The translations under genes and the position numbers were made by a program. A DNA stretch of 24,000 nt from Methanobacteriota archaeon (GTDB lineage Archaea > Thermoplasmatota > Thermoplasmata > SG8-5), in assembly GCA_013791785.1 (NCBI GenBank), contig VMTD01000001.1, positions 1 through 24,000 on the forward strand. The letters run 5' to 3'. Positions 1 through 7,602 of this stretch are shown here, piece after piece. Each line of letters starts with the position of its first letter. Position 1 is the stretch's first letter. The notes beneath the pieces were generated by a model. It ran no database searches and had not been told where the DNA came from. It saw nothing but the letters and a program-made list of their open reading frames with translations.

Positions 1-20
1 AATACTTCGTTTTTCATTTT

Positions 21-48
21 TCACTTATCACTATTCACTGTTCACTAA
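21..48. repeat. Four tandem 7-bp units TCACTNN (tcactta, tcactat, tcactgt, tcactaa)
   Basis: Read directly from the sequence. The units are contiguous. A degenerate fifth unit, tcatttt, lies at 14-20. The array is about 90 bp upstream of the marC-family start. Confidence 0.6.
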
Positions 49-137
49 AAACTACAATTTAACGAGCAAACTTCAGAATACTGAACTCTTACATTCCGCA
101 GTTCAATTTATATAGTAATTGATTTTCACGCGATTCA

Positions 138-770
138 ATGAATTTCAATCTAGCCCTCATGATTGCGGCATTTACGGCCATATTCATCACAATCAACCCC
201 ATCAGCAAAGTGCCGTTCTTCATAATTCTCACAACTGGCTATTCCAGGGAAGACAAGAAAGTTGTAATAGTAAACGCAATCAAGGTAAGTACCGCGGTTC
301 TGCTTCTCTTCGCAGTTTTTGGCAAGTTCCTGTTCGACGCCTTCAATGTGGAATTCCTGGCGCTGAAGTTCGTCGGCGCCGCAGTCCTTATTAAGATCGG
401 ATATGACATGCTCATGGGCCAGATAACCCGGTTCAAGGGCACGGACGAGGAAAGGCAGGAGGCCATCGACAAGGGCATCGTGGGCGTCGTCCCACTGGGC
501 ATTCCCATGATTGCCGGCCCCGGGGCCATGATTACCGCAATGGTCTACATGGGTGAAGCGAGCGGCGTTCTGGAATGGGGATTCATCTTACTCAGCATAC
601 TCATCACGCTTGTCATAACCTATGTGTTGCTGGTGGAGAGCCAGTACATCTACGAGAAGATGGGAAAGCTGGGCATCACCGCCACAATGAGGATTATGGG
701 CATCCTCATAGCCTCAATCGGGGTGCAAATGATGCTGGATAATATCGTGCAGTTCTCGACGCTGTTATAG
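138..770 (+). CDS. MarC family (UPF0056) integral membrane protein
   Basis: 210-aa ORF, hydrophobic throughout with about 6 predicted TM segments. The N-terminus (FTAIFITINPISKVPFFIILT) and the GPGAMITAM motif are typical of MarC/UPF0056 proteins. A TATA-like atttatatag at 106-115 is centred about 27 nt upstream of the ATG. Confidence 0.8.
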   Translation: MNFNLALMIAAFTAIFITINPISKVPFFIILTTGYSREDKKVVIVNAIKVSTAVLLLFAVFGKFLFDAFNVEFLALKFVGAAVLIKIGYDMLMGQITRFKGTDEERQEAIDKGIVGVVPLGIPMIAGPGAMITAMVYMGEASGVLEWGFILLSILITLVITYVLLVESQYIYEKMGKLGITATMRIMGILIASIGVQMMLDNIVQFSTLL

Positions 771-779
771 TAGAAACCG

Positions 780-1211
780 TTACTTTTTTGTGACCAATTT
801 ACTGCCCAGTACCGGCCCGACAGCGGCCATTGCCTGGTTGAAGTAATTTTTATCGTCTATGGCAAAGGTGAATTTATTGCCGTCCGAACAGGTGAAGATA
901 ATTTTGGCGCCCATCAGCGCTTTCTTGAAAAATATCTCATTGGCACCGTCATAATCAATGGTAAAGGTACCCTTCTTCGGCAAAAGGTAATTCGGGTCCT
1001 GTATGGTCATAATTCTCTTTCTTTCCTGCTCGTCGGAATGCATGCCCACAAGGCCGACAACTCCGCCCATGGCAGATTTCCAGGCCATGAATTTCACGGC
1101 AATGGCTCTTTTATTTGTGAAAAACAGGAACCACTCATCGAGTTTGTACCATGCTTTCGGGACACATGCAAGCATTATCTCTTTTTCAACCATTATATCA
1201 CAGCCCCACAT
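780..1211 (-). CDS. Hypothetical protein, possibly with a PH/GRAM-like fold
   Basis: 143-aa ORF co-directional with the upstream gene and 19 nt from it. There is an alternative ATG at 1193 (MVEKEIM...). The segment WFLFFTNKRAIAV resembles the conserved strand of bacterial PH/GRAM-like domains, but this is a weak inference. No confident family assignment. Confidence 0.45.
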   Translation of the reverse strand: MWGCDIMVEKEIMLACVPKAWYKLDEWFLFFTNKRAIAVKFMAWKSAMGGVVGLVGMHSDEQERKRIMTIQDPNYLLPKKGTFTIDYDGANEIFFKKALMGAKIIFTCSDGNKFTFAIDDKNYFNQAMAAVGPVLGSKLVTKK

Positions 1212-1230
1212 CTCAATTCTGATTAATAAA

Positions 1231-1671
1231 TTAATAGCCCCGGTCCCGGAATTCCCTGTTCTTCCTCAGGGTTTTGGAAAGCTCCACAGCCTGGAGGCCG
1301 TAATGTACCCCCACCAGACCCAGGGGGATGAAAAGTACGGAACCTGCAACCAGCACCAAACCGCCTACCTTGAACCGGTCCATGAGTATCAGCACAGCAC
1401 CCGAAACAGGCAGGACCATGCCCCATAACAGAAATATGGCTGTGAATGTCGGCCAGAAAAATATATCACCTTCTGCTATCATGTACATCAACGGAAGTGG
1501 TATGGCGGCAAACAGGAAACCGCAGGCCGCCGCAGCCTTCTTTATATTTTTCTTTTTGAAATCCAGAATTCCGGGTTCAGACGGTTTAAAGAAGGTTCTG
1601 CATTTCGGACATTGCCACATTCTGTCGTTTTCGACATAAAACAGCTCACGGCCGCATTTGTCACATTGCAT
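1231..1671 (-). CDS. Zinc-ribbon membrane protein (N-terminal CxxC...CxxC ribbon plus about 3 TM helices)
   Basis: 146-aa ORF. It starts MQCDKCGRELFYVENDRMWQCPKCRTF, giving two CxxC pairs. Hydrophobic segments follow (AAAACGFLFAAIPLPLMYMI, FWPTFTAIFLLWGMVLPVSGAVLIL, GGLVLVAGSVLFIPLGLVGV). Confidence 0.6.
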   Translation of the reverse strand: MQCDKCGRELFYVENDRMWQCPKCRTFFKPSEPGILDFKKKNIKKAAAACGFLFAAIPLPLMYMIAEGDIFFWPTFTAIFLLWGMVLPVSGAVLILMDRFKVGGLVLVAGSVLFIPLGLVGVHYGLQAVELSKTLRKNREFRDRGY

Positions 1672-1743
1672 AGACAGCCCTCACCACAATAATGAATGGT
1701 ATATGTGAGATTATTTTGCATGCCGTACTGATTCGCATATCAA

Positions 1744-4608
1744 TCACCAATCTATTGTCCATACAGTATCCGCTGGCACACGCACCCAGTACCCTTCTCC
1801 CGGCTTCATCACATATGAACCTCCCAGTACCTGTATGTAAGGCGATGATGCAGCAAATCCCTCCACCAGGTCGTACCCGGTGCCTGCCAGTGCCTCGGAT
1901 ATGGTTCTCGGGGTCAAGGTGGGATAACCAATCAGGTTCCAGCCGGGCCTCAAAGTTATATTGGTGGGTGTCGGCGCATTCCCGGTGACATTGAGGGTAC
2001 AGGGGCTGGTCGTGTGTACCCAGACCCCCATGGTCCTGTCGATGCCTGCAAGATTGTTGGTTGTCGCGCCCACGCGGTAGGTTTTCCAGGGCTGGCTCAT
2101 GTCGGTAATGTCATAATATTTCACAACGTCCCACTGGCCGGCAACGGAGGCCAGCGCGTCTTCGATGTCCGCACTTGCCAATTCCAGGGGGATAGAGATG
2201 AGGTTCCAGCCCGATATGAGCGGAACCTCGAAACTGGCATTATCGTTCTGAACGTAATAGGAGCGGTTCTCGAAAGAGATGGTCCCGTAGGAATTGTTCA
2301 TCCTGAACTGGACATCGTACCAGCCTGTCGCCAATGAGACAGTATCCCATGAATCGTAGAACCTGGCTTCGTAGGTCTGGTGAATGTCAGTGGAATAGAC
2401 AGTTTTCTCCCAATTTCCCCCCGGCACTTTCATCCATAATTCAGTCATGCCACCCCAAGCGACCGATGAAATGTTCACGACCCCGCTCACGGCAGAGCCA
2501 TTGGTCGGTTCCGTGTCCAGGGAGAAAGGACCCAATTTCGCTTCGATGGCATCCCACAGTTCGGTTCTCGGGTCATCGTAGTCCAGCGCCCATATTCCCA
2601 TGCCCGGTAAGTCAAGTTGGTTCACCACCTGGTACTTGAATTTCAGGGAAGTCGCGTTATCGAACCAGACCTGATGCCACTGTCCTGCTTCTTGATAATA
2701 GTACCAGGGACTTGAACTGGTGCTGTCCCATCGAAGAGTTGCGCCTGTGCTTGAAAGCTTTGTCATGGCCGAATTGTATGTGCGAGAGGATGCGGTTCCG
2801 TTCCTGGTCGCTCCGGGCGCGTCATGGCCGGTCGTTGCCACAGGCCAGTCAAACCCGAAGTATGGAACACCGTAAATGAACTTCTCCCTGCTGGCACCAT
2901 AGATATTTATCCATCTGTCTATCGCATGCCAGGCATCTATGTTGTTGCTCCAGAAAAGCGCACCACAGGGGCCTGTTGTCGCACTGCCGGCATAGAAATA
3001 ATCATAGCCCATGAGGAAGTAATAATCCACATAATTATTGATCGCCGGAAGCTGGGTGAAGCCATACGATGCCCACGGATAGGGCATCAGGCAGAGATGC
3101 ACCTCGTAGAGAAGATTCTCGGCCTTGAATGCCGTGTGTAGTTCCTGCATGAAAGCCAGAAGGTTCGCGTCGCTGCCTGACGGCGGATATTCCAGGTCTA
3201 TCATTATTCCATCCGCGTTTCCTGCGATTGTCTGGGCCAGCAGATTGGAAATCCCATTAGCCCGGGCAGCGGAGCTGGCAAGGAATGTCGAAACCGATGA
3301 AGAGCCGAACAGCGTCATGCTGAGCAGGACTTTTGTCCCGTTCTCGTGGCAACGGAGAACCAACGAGATCCAACTGCCTGGCCAGCTATTGTAATTCGTG
3401 ATATCACCAGCCGTGTTCATCTCAACCGAGAACCAGGCAAGGTGAGAGAGCTTGCCCTGCTGTAAAGAATCATAATCCGTTCCCATCCAGCTCGGGTAGA
3501 ATCCCACGTTCATGCGCGTCAGGTTCTTCTCGATTTCCGTGGCATTGAAAGTGTAACTTGCCGAGCACCATTCCACGCTGCCGCCCCACCAGAATGAGCG
3601 CCAGATTGTACCAGCATTATTTCTCATTCCCTTGGTAATGAACCGCATGCCATCGAACACCTGGCCCGCTATTGCGTATGAAGTTCCAGGACCGTTCCTG
3701 ACGTTAAGGGCCGTTGTAACCTGAATTTCGAACTGTGGCTGATTCACCGGCTTGGCGTATACATTACCTGAAATCATGTCAGCCGCGCACCAGGCATTGC
3801 GGTCGTCAAACCAGAAATTGTACCAGATGCTACCGGAGACGTCCTGCGTGCCGATGGCCACGTACATTTCCGCCAGATGAACTTGTCCCAGTGCTTGATA
3901 ATTATTACCTGCGCTATTTAGGCCCGGACCGGCACGCACATTGAGAGCGCCAGTATTGACCATGAACGAGAATGGCTCGTTCAATTCAACCCTGATGTGA
4001 TAGAAGCTGGCGCAGGTGAATGAACCGCCGAGTACGCCCCAGAATGACGCCCCATAAGTGTCCGTCGTATGGGCAGCTAATCCCAGGTCGCCTCCTCCCA
4101 CCGAAACCACAATCATGGCATGGGACCATCTGTCTCCAGCATCGGTGCCGAATATTACCACATCCCCTATTTCTGTATCGAGAGGTATTGTGACGTTTAC
4201 CCCCTCCACGCCATAACTGTAATCAACCGCCTGATAGCGAGTAAGGTGTTGGTGCAGGTAATCGCAGAATGGAATTGTGCCGTTACTGTTTGTGGCTGGC
4301 CTGTCGACATCCGGATAAACCCCGTAACCGCCGCCGTTCGTGCCCTGCCACAGTGACATGCCGCCAGCAATCAAACACTGGCTCACGAAATTGGCACAGT
4401 CCCCACCAGAACCGGAGAAATCATTGTAATGCGGATTTCTGGAATTGTACCACTGGTTCGCATAACCATAAGATGCATTGCGGAGGTAATATACACCCTG
4501 GGCTGTCGGCCCCCAGCCCGTGACCCCGTCCCCAGTGACTGGCGGGGGGATTGACAGCACGGTTGCAATCATGATGAGCCCCACGAGCAATGCAAGAGCT
4601 TTTCTCAT
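1744..4608 (-). CDS. Secreted multidomain protein with signal peptide, putative amidase (Amidase_6-like Cys peptidase), 2x SH3b, a GH18-like glycosidase, an Ig-like region and a duplicated C-terminal GWNLI module
   Basis: 954-aa ORF.
- Signal-like N-terminus: MRKALALLVGLIMIATVLSI.
- Amidase signature: GGDCANFVSQCLIAGG plus WSHAMIVV, about nt 3994-4491.
- Two ALNVR(A/N)GPG SH3b-like repeats, about nt 3769-3957 and 3553-3720.
- GH18-like region, about nt 2539-3513, with the motif DGIMIDLE at nt 3190-3213, plus YYFLMGYDY and GMGIWALDYD.
- Many N-x-S/T sequons.
- TATA-like box at 4633-4640 (minus strand tataaata), about 28 nt from the ATG. Confidence 0.85.
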   Translation of the reverse strand: MRKALALLVGLIMIATVLSIPPPVTGDGVTGWGPTAQGVYYLRNASYGYANQWYNSRNPHYNDFSGSGGDCANFVSQCLIAGGMSLWQGTNGGGYGVYPDVDRPATNSNGTIPFCDYLHQHLTRYQAVDYSYGVEGVNVTIPLDTEIGDVVIFGTDAGDRWSHAMIVVSVGGGDLGLAAHTTDTYGASFWGVLGGSFTCASFYHIRVELNEPFSFMVNTGALNVRAGPGLNSAGNNYQALGQVHLAEMYVAIGTQDVSGSIWYNFWFDDRNAWCAADMISGNVYAKPVNQPQFEIQVTTALNVRNGPGTSYAIAGQVFDGMRFITKGMRNNAGTIWRSFWWGGSVEWCSASYTFNATEIEKNLTRMNVGFYPSWMGTDYDSLQQGKLSHLAWFSVEMNTAGDITNYNSWPGSWISLVLRCHENGTKVLLSMTLFGSSSVSTFLASSAARANGISNLLAQTIAGNADGIMIDLEYPPSGSDANLLAFMQELHTAFKAENLLYEVHLCLMPYPWASYGFTQLPAINNYVDYYFLMGYDYFYAGSATTGPCGALFWSNNIDAWHAIDRWINIYGASREKFIYGVPYFGFDWPVATTGHDAPGATRNGTASSRTYNSAMTKLSSTGATLRWDSTSSSPWYYYQEAGQWHQVWFDNATSLKFKYQVVNQLDLPGMGIWALDYDDPRTELWDAIEAKLGPFSLDTEPTNGSAVSGVVNISSVAWGGMTELWMKVPGGNWEKTVYSTDIHQTYEARFYDSWDTVSLATGWYDVQFRMNNSYGTISFENRSYYVQNDNASFEVPLISGWNLISIPLELASADIEDALASVAGQWDVVKYYDITDMSQPWKTYRVGATTNNLAGIDRTMGVWVHTTSPCTLNVTGNAPTPTNITLRPGWNLIGYPTLTPRTISEALAGTGYDLVEGFAASSPYIQVLGGSYVMKPGEGYWVRVPADTVWTIDW

Positions 4609-4632
4609 TGTGGAATAAAAGGTTTCCAGGGT

Positions 4633-4640
4633 ATTTATAG
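4633..4640 (-). promoter_or_regulatory. TATA-box-like element for the 954-aa secreted protein gene
   Basis: The minus strand reads tataaata, centred about 28 nt upstream of the ATG at 4608. This fits an archaeal leaderless transcript. Confidence 0.45.
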
Positions 4641-4679
4641 GTATTGCGAAGACAGTTTGAATTGTTGTTCTATGCCTGT

Positions 4680-6368
4680 TTATTTCTTAGCCTGAATCTT
4701 CGAATACGAGTCCTTGAGGCTCACGGTCCTGTTAAACACCGGCTTTCCGGGCGCCGAATCCAAATCAACGCAGAAATAACCCAGCCTCTCCAGCTGAACT
4801 CTGTCGCCTATCTTCAGGTCGGCGGTTGCCGGTTCCACTTTGCAGTCACTCAGAACAGTCAGTGATTCAGGGTTGAGGAACTGGGTGAATTCTTTCTCCT
4901 GGCCCATGGGGTCCTCCACCGTGAACAGTTTGTCGTAATTCCGCACTTCTGCGGAAACCGACTTGGAGGCCGATACCCAATGCATGGTGCTCTTCACCTT
5001 GCGCCCATCCGGGGAATTGCCTCCCCTGGTGGCCGGGTCCACGGTGCATCTGAGTTCCGTGATGTTGCCCTGGGAATCCTTGATCACGGAGTTGCAGGTG
5101 AGGAAATAAGCGTACCGGAGGCGTACCTCGCGGCCGGGAGCCAGCCTGAAGAATTTTTTCTCAGGGACTTCCATGAAATCGTCCCGCTCGATGAACAGTT
5201 CCCTGGTGAACGGAACCTTCCTGGTGCCGGCTTCCGGATTTTCAGGATTGTTGACGGCGTCCAAGAAATCGACATGGTCATCGGGCAGATTATCGATGAC
5301 GACCTTGAGCGGATTGAGAACGCCCATGAAACGGGGCGCGTTCCTGTTCAGGTCCTCCCTGACGCAGTGCTCCAGCACTTCAAGCGCTATGGTGTTGGAC
5401 TTCTTGGCGATTCCCGCCCTGCTGAGGAAGTCCTGGATTGCGGCCGCCGGGTACCCGCGCCGGCGCATTCCGGAGACAGTGGGCATCCTGGGGTCGTCCC
5501 AGCCGGTGACATGGCCCCGGTCCACCAGCAGCTTGAGGTACCGCTTGCTCATGATTGTGTAGGAGAGGTTCATCCTGGCGAATTCAATTTGCCTGGGGCG
5601 ATACGTACCCAGCTCGATGAGGAACCAGTCGTAGAGTGGACGATGATTCTCGAACTCGATGGAGCACATGGAGTGCGTGATTCGTTCGATGGAATCCTCC
5701 AGTCCGTGGGCCCAATCGTACATCGGATAGATGCACCACTTGTCACCGGCATGGGGGTGGCTGGCATGGAGAATTCTGTACATGATGGGGTCGCGCATGT
5801 TCATGTTTGAACTGGCCATGTCAATCTTCGCCCTCAGGGTCCTGGAGCCGTCCGGAAACTCGCCGTTCTTCATTCTCCCGAAAATATCGAGACTTTCTTC
5901 AATGGGGCGGTCCCTCCAGGGGCTCGGTTTGCCCGGCGTATTATAATCACCGCGGTACTCGCTAATCTGATCCGCCGTGAGTTCGCAGACATAGGCTTTG
6001 CCCTTCTTGATCAGGTCAATGGCAAAATCATACATCTGCTGGAAATAATCACTAGCATAGAATACGCGATCCTCAAAGTCCGCGCCGAGCCATGCAACGT
6101 CGCGTATTATGGAGTCTATGTACTCTTTCTCTTCTTTAATAGGATTGGTATCGTCGAAGCGAAGGTTGAACTTTCCGCCGAAATCCCTGGCGATGCAGTA
6201 ATTGAGCCAGATTGCCTTGGCATTGCCGATGTGGATGTAGCCGTTGGGCTCGGGCGGGAACCTGGTATGCACTCCATCATACCTACCTGCCCTGAGGTCT
6301 GCGACTATCTCTGCTCTCAGGAAATCCTGCTTGGCCAGTTCATCGAATTTCGGTTCGTTCCAGTTCAT
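4680..6368 (-). CDS. glnS: Glutaminyl-tRNA synthetase (glutamine--tRNA ligase), bacterial type
   Basis: The 562-aa ORF is collinear with E. coli GlnS along its whole length as I recall that sequence. Shared blocks include [11 protein letters not shown](I/L)[42 protein letters not shown] (KMSKS-type), [24 protein letters not shown] and PVFNRTV. The HIGH signature reads HIGN (nt 6222-6233). Confidence 0.93.
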   Translation of the reverse strand: MNWNEPKFDELAKQDFLRAEIVADLRAGRYDGVHTRFPPEPNGYIHIGNAKAIWLNYCIARDFGGKFNLRFDDTNPIKEEKEYIDSIIRDVAWLGADFEDRVFYASDYFQQMYDFAIDLIKKGKAYVCELTADQISEYRGDYNTPGKPSPWRDRPIEESLDIFGRMKNGEFPDGSRTLRAKIDMASSNMNMRDPIMYRILHASHPHAGDKWCIYPMYDWAHGLEDSIERITHSMCSIEFENHRPLYDWFLIELGTYRPRQIEFARMNLSYTIMSKRYLKLLVDRGHVTGWDDPRMPTVSGMRRRGYPAAAIQDFLSRAGIAKKSNTIALEVLEHCVREDLNRNAPRFMGVLNPLKVVIDNLPDDHVDFLDAVNNPENPEAGTRKVPFTRELFIERDDFMEVPEKKFFRLAPGREVRLRYAYFLTCNSVIKDSQGNITELRCTVDPATRGGNSPDGRKVKSTMHWVSASKSVSAEVRNYDKLFTVEDPMGQEKEFTQFLNPESLTVLSDCKVEPATADLKIGDRVQLERLGYFCVDLDSAPGKPVFNRTVSLKDSYSKIQAKK

Positions 6369-6398
6369 GTATATCTGCCTCTCCCGATGTGAGTTATG

Positions 6399-6809
6399 TT
6401 ATAATTCTTTGCTGGTGACGACAAGCCCGGAATGCTTGACCCCCCGAACGGATTTCGTGGCATCGGAGAATTTTCTAACTTCGGCAGGAGAACCCCTGAT
6501 GGCCAGTATCTCAAGGCAGTTGTCATGGTCCAGATGGATGTGCATTGTGGAATAGATGGTAACGTGCGAGTCATGCTGCAGCGTCAGTAATTTATTCACT
6601 GTATCCGAAGTGTGATGGTCATACACCATGGTCACGATGCCGACGACTTCTCCCTGGCCAGTGTCCCAGGCATCGTCTATCATGCTGTTCCGGATGAGGT
6701 CGGCAATGGCCTTGGAACGATTTCCATAGCCCATTTTATCTATCTGGGTGTCGAATGATTCAAGCAGGTCGGTGGGGAGTGAAACCCCGAATCTCGTTAT
6801 CTCGTTCAT
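6399..6809 (-). CDS. nikR: Nickel-responsive transcriptional regulator NikR (ribbon-helix-helix plus ACT-like metal-binding domain)
   Basis: The N-terminus MNEITRFGVSLPTDLLESFD is a typical RHH beta-strand and helix. The C-terminal TMHIHLDHDNCLEI matches the NikR high-affinity Ni site pattern (H-x-H-x5-C). The ORF track starts at a GTG at 6821. I prefer the ATG at 6809 from the N-terminal alignment and the TATA position. The gene is divergent from the cbiM operon. Confidence 0.9.
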   Translation of the reverse strand: MNEITRFGVSLPTDLLESFDTQIDKMGYGNRSKAIADLIRNSMIDDAWDTGQGEVVGIVTMVYDHHTSDTVNKLLTLQHDSHVTIYSTMHIHLDHDNCLEILAIRGSPAEVRKFSDATKSVRGVKHSGLVVTSKEL

Positions 6810-6825
6810 GCCACTCGCCACTCCA

Positions 6826-6838
6826 ATCGTGACACGAT
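6826..6838. promoter_or_regulatory. Perfect 6-1-6 palindrome ATCGTG-A-CACGAT, a candidate NikR operator overlapping the nikR promoter
   Basis: Seen directly in the sequence. It abuts the nikR-side TATA-like atatttaaatt (6837-6847) and lies between that box and the nikR start. Confidence 0.4.
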
Positions 6839-6860
6839 ATTTAAATTGTTGGCACCATGG

Positions 6861-6870
6861 TTTATATATC
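6861..6870 (+). promoter_or_regulatory. TATA-box-like element (tttatatatc) for the cbiM/nik operon
   Basis: It lies about 55 nt upstream of the cbiM ATG at 6922. A GGAGG Shine-Dalgarno at 6911-6915 sits 6 nt before the ATG. Confidence 0.45.
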
Positions 6871-6892
6871 TGAAAAATATCTCATGCCACAA

Positions 6893-6911
6893 ATCGAACA
6901 ATCGTAACACG
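6893..6911. promoter_or_regulatory. Tandem ATCG(T)AACA half-site-like repeats related to the 6826 palindrome
   Basis: atcgaaca (6893-6900) is followed by atcgtaaca (6901-9). aatcgtaacacg (6900-6911) matches aatcgtgacacg (6825-6836) at 11 of 12 positions. The repeats lie near the expected TSS of the cbiM operon. Confidence 0.35.
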
Positions 6912-6921
6912 GAGGATTAAA

Positions 6922-7602
6922 ATGCACATACCGGACGGACTGATGGCCCCCGCAGTGGCGGCATTCGGATGGATTATCGCAATCGGCTTCCTGGCATTGA
7001 CAATGAAGGTGCTGAATAAAAAAATTAACGACCGCCAGATTACTCTCATGGCTGTTCTGTCAGCGGGAATTTTCGTCGCCCAGATGCTGAACTTCCCCAT
7101 CGGCGGCGGGACGACCGGACATCTCATCGGCGCGGCACTGGCTACCGTTATTCTCGGCCCGTTTGCCGGAATTTTGATTATTACGGTCATACTCATAATT
7201 CAGGCCCTGGTGTTCGGGGATGGCGGACTTACGGCACTGGGACTGAACATTCTCAACATGGCAGTCATCGGCTGCCTGGTGGCCTGGTATGTTTACAGGG
7301 CACTTCGCCGCGCGAATGAGAAGGCGGCAGTTTTCGCGGCGGCCTTTGCATCGGTATTTGTCGCAGCTCTGGCAGCGGCAGTGGAACTGGCTGTCAGCCA
7401 CTCCATCAGCGGCGGAACGTACGGAATAGCCGGAAGCATCGCATTTCCTGCCATGACAATTTACCACCTGTTCATCGGAATCGGCGAGGCAATTATCACG
7501 TCAGGTGTGGTGCTGTACATAGCCAGGGTTTCCCCGGGGATGCTCAGAATGCCGAAACTCACTTTCCTGAACAGGCCAAAGGAGGTGGTTCCGGATGCAT
7601 AA
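6922..7602 (+). CDS. cbiM: ECF transporter substrate-capture component CbiM/NikM (cobalt/nickel)
   Basis: 226-aa polytopic membrane ORF starting MHIPDG, the conserved metal-ligating N-terminus of CbiM/NikM. It is followed by translationally coupled N, Q and O components. The adjacent nikR favours nickel specificity; this is an inference. Confidence 0.9.
   Translation: MHIPDGLMAPAVAAFGWIIAIGFLALTMKVLNKKINDRQITLMAVLSAGIFVAQMLNFPIGGGTTGHLIGAALATVILGPFAGILIITVILIIQALVFGDGGLTALGLNILNMAVIGCLVAWYVYRALRRANEKAAVFAAAFASVFVAALAAAVELAVSHSISGGTYGIAGSIAFPAMTIYHLFIGIGEAIITSGVVLYIARVSPGMLRMPKLTFLNRPKEVVPDA

Noticed and set aside
768-773. Possible UAG recoding (pyrrolysine), considered given the archaeal context.
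   Set aside because: TAG is used as an ordinary stop for several well-delimited genes here: the marC-family gene (TAG TAG at 768-773), abiEii, lysS and the deacetylase. Their C-termini are of normal length, and there are no in-frame TAG interruptions in conserved genes.
784-789. T6 tract right after the marC-family stop as a dedicated terminator.
   Set aside because: It lies inside the 3' coding end (KK codons) of the convergent gene at 780-1211. It may still terminate marC transcription, but its presence is explained by the coding sequence, so I do not call it as a feature.
4980-5810. Long antisense or alternate-frame ORFs inside strongly supported genes. Examples: 4980-5810 and 5173-5562 in glnS, 8031-8636 in cbiQ, 8998-9631 across cbiO and the tRNA, 19631-20536 in the regulator, 22028-23251 in the TPR gene, 17398-17904 in lysS, and 12829-13392 in the beta-helix gene.
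   Set aside because: Each overlaps a gene whose product has clear family motifs on the other strand or frame. The translations are Arg/Pro/Gly/Ser-rich without recognisable motifs. This is the usual shadow-ORF behaviour in moderately GC-rich DNA.
6829-6838. The 10-mer GTGACACGAT is shared between the nikR palindrome and every copy of the structured repeat (about 9871-9880, 12202-12211 and 16201-16210).
   Set aside because: It is a single 10-mer with no flanking similarity. The expectation of such a match in 48 kb of two-strand sequence is not negligible (order of 0.05), and the three repeat copies are not independent. This is insufficient to propose NikR control of the repeat.
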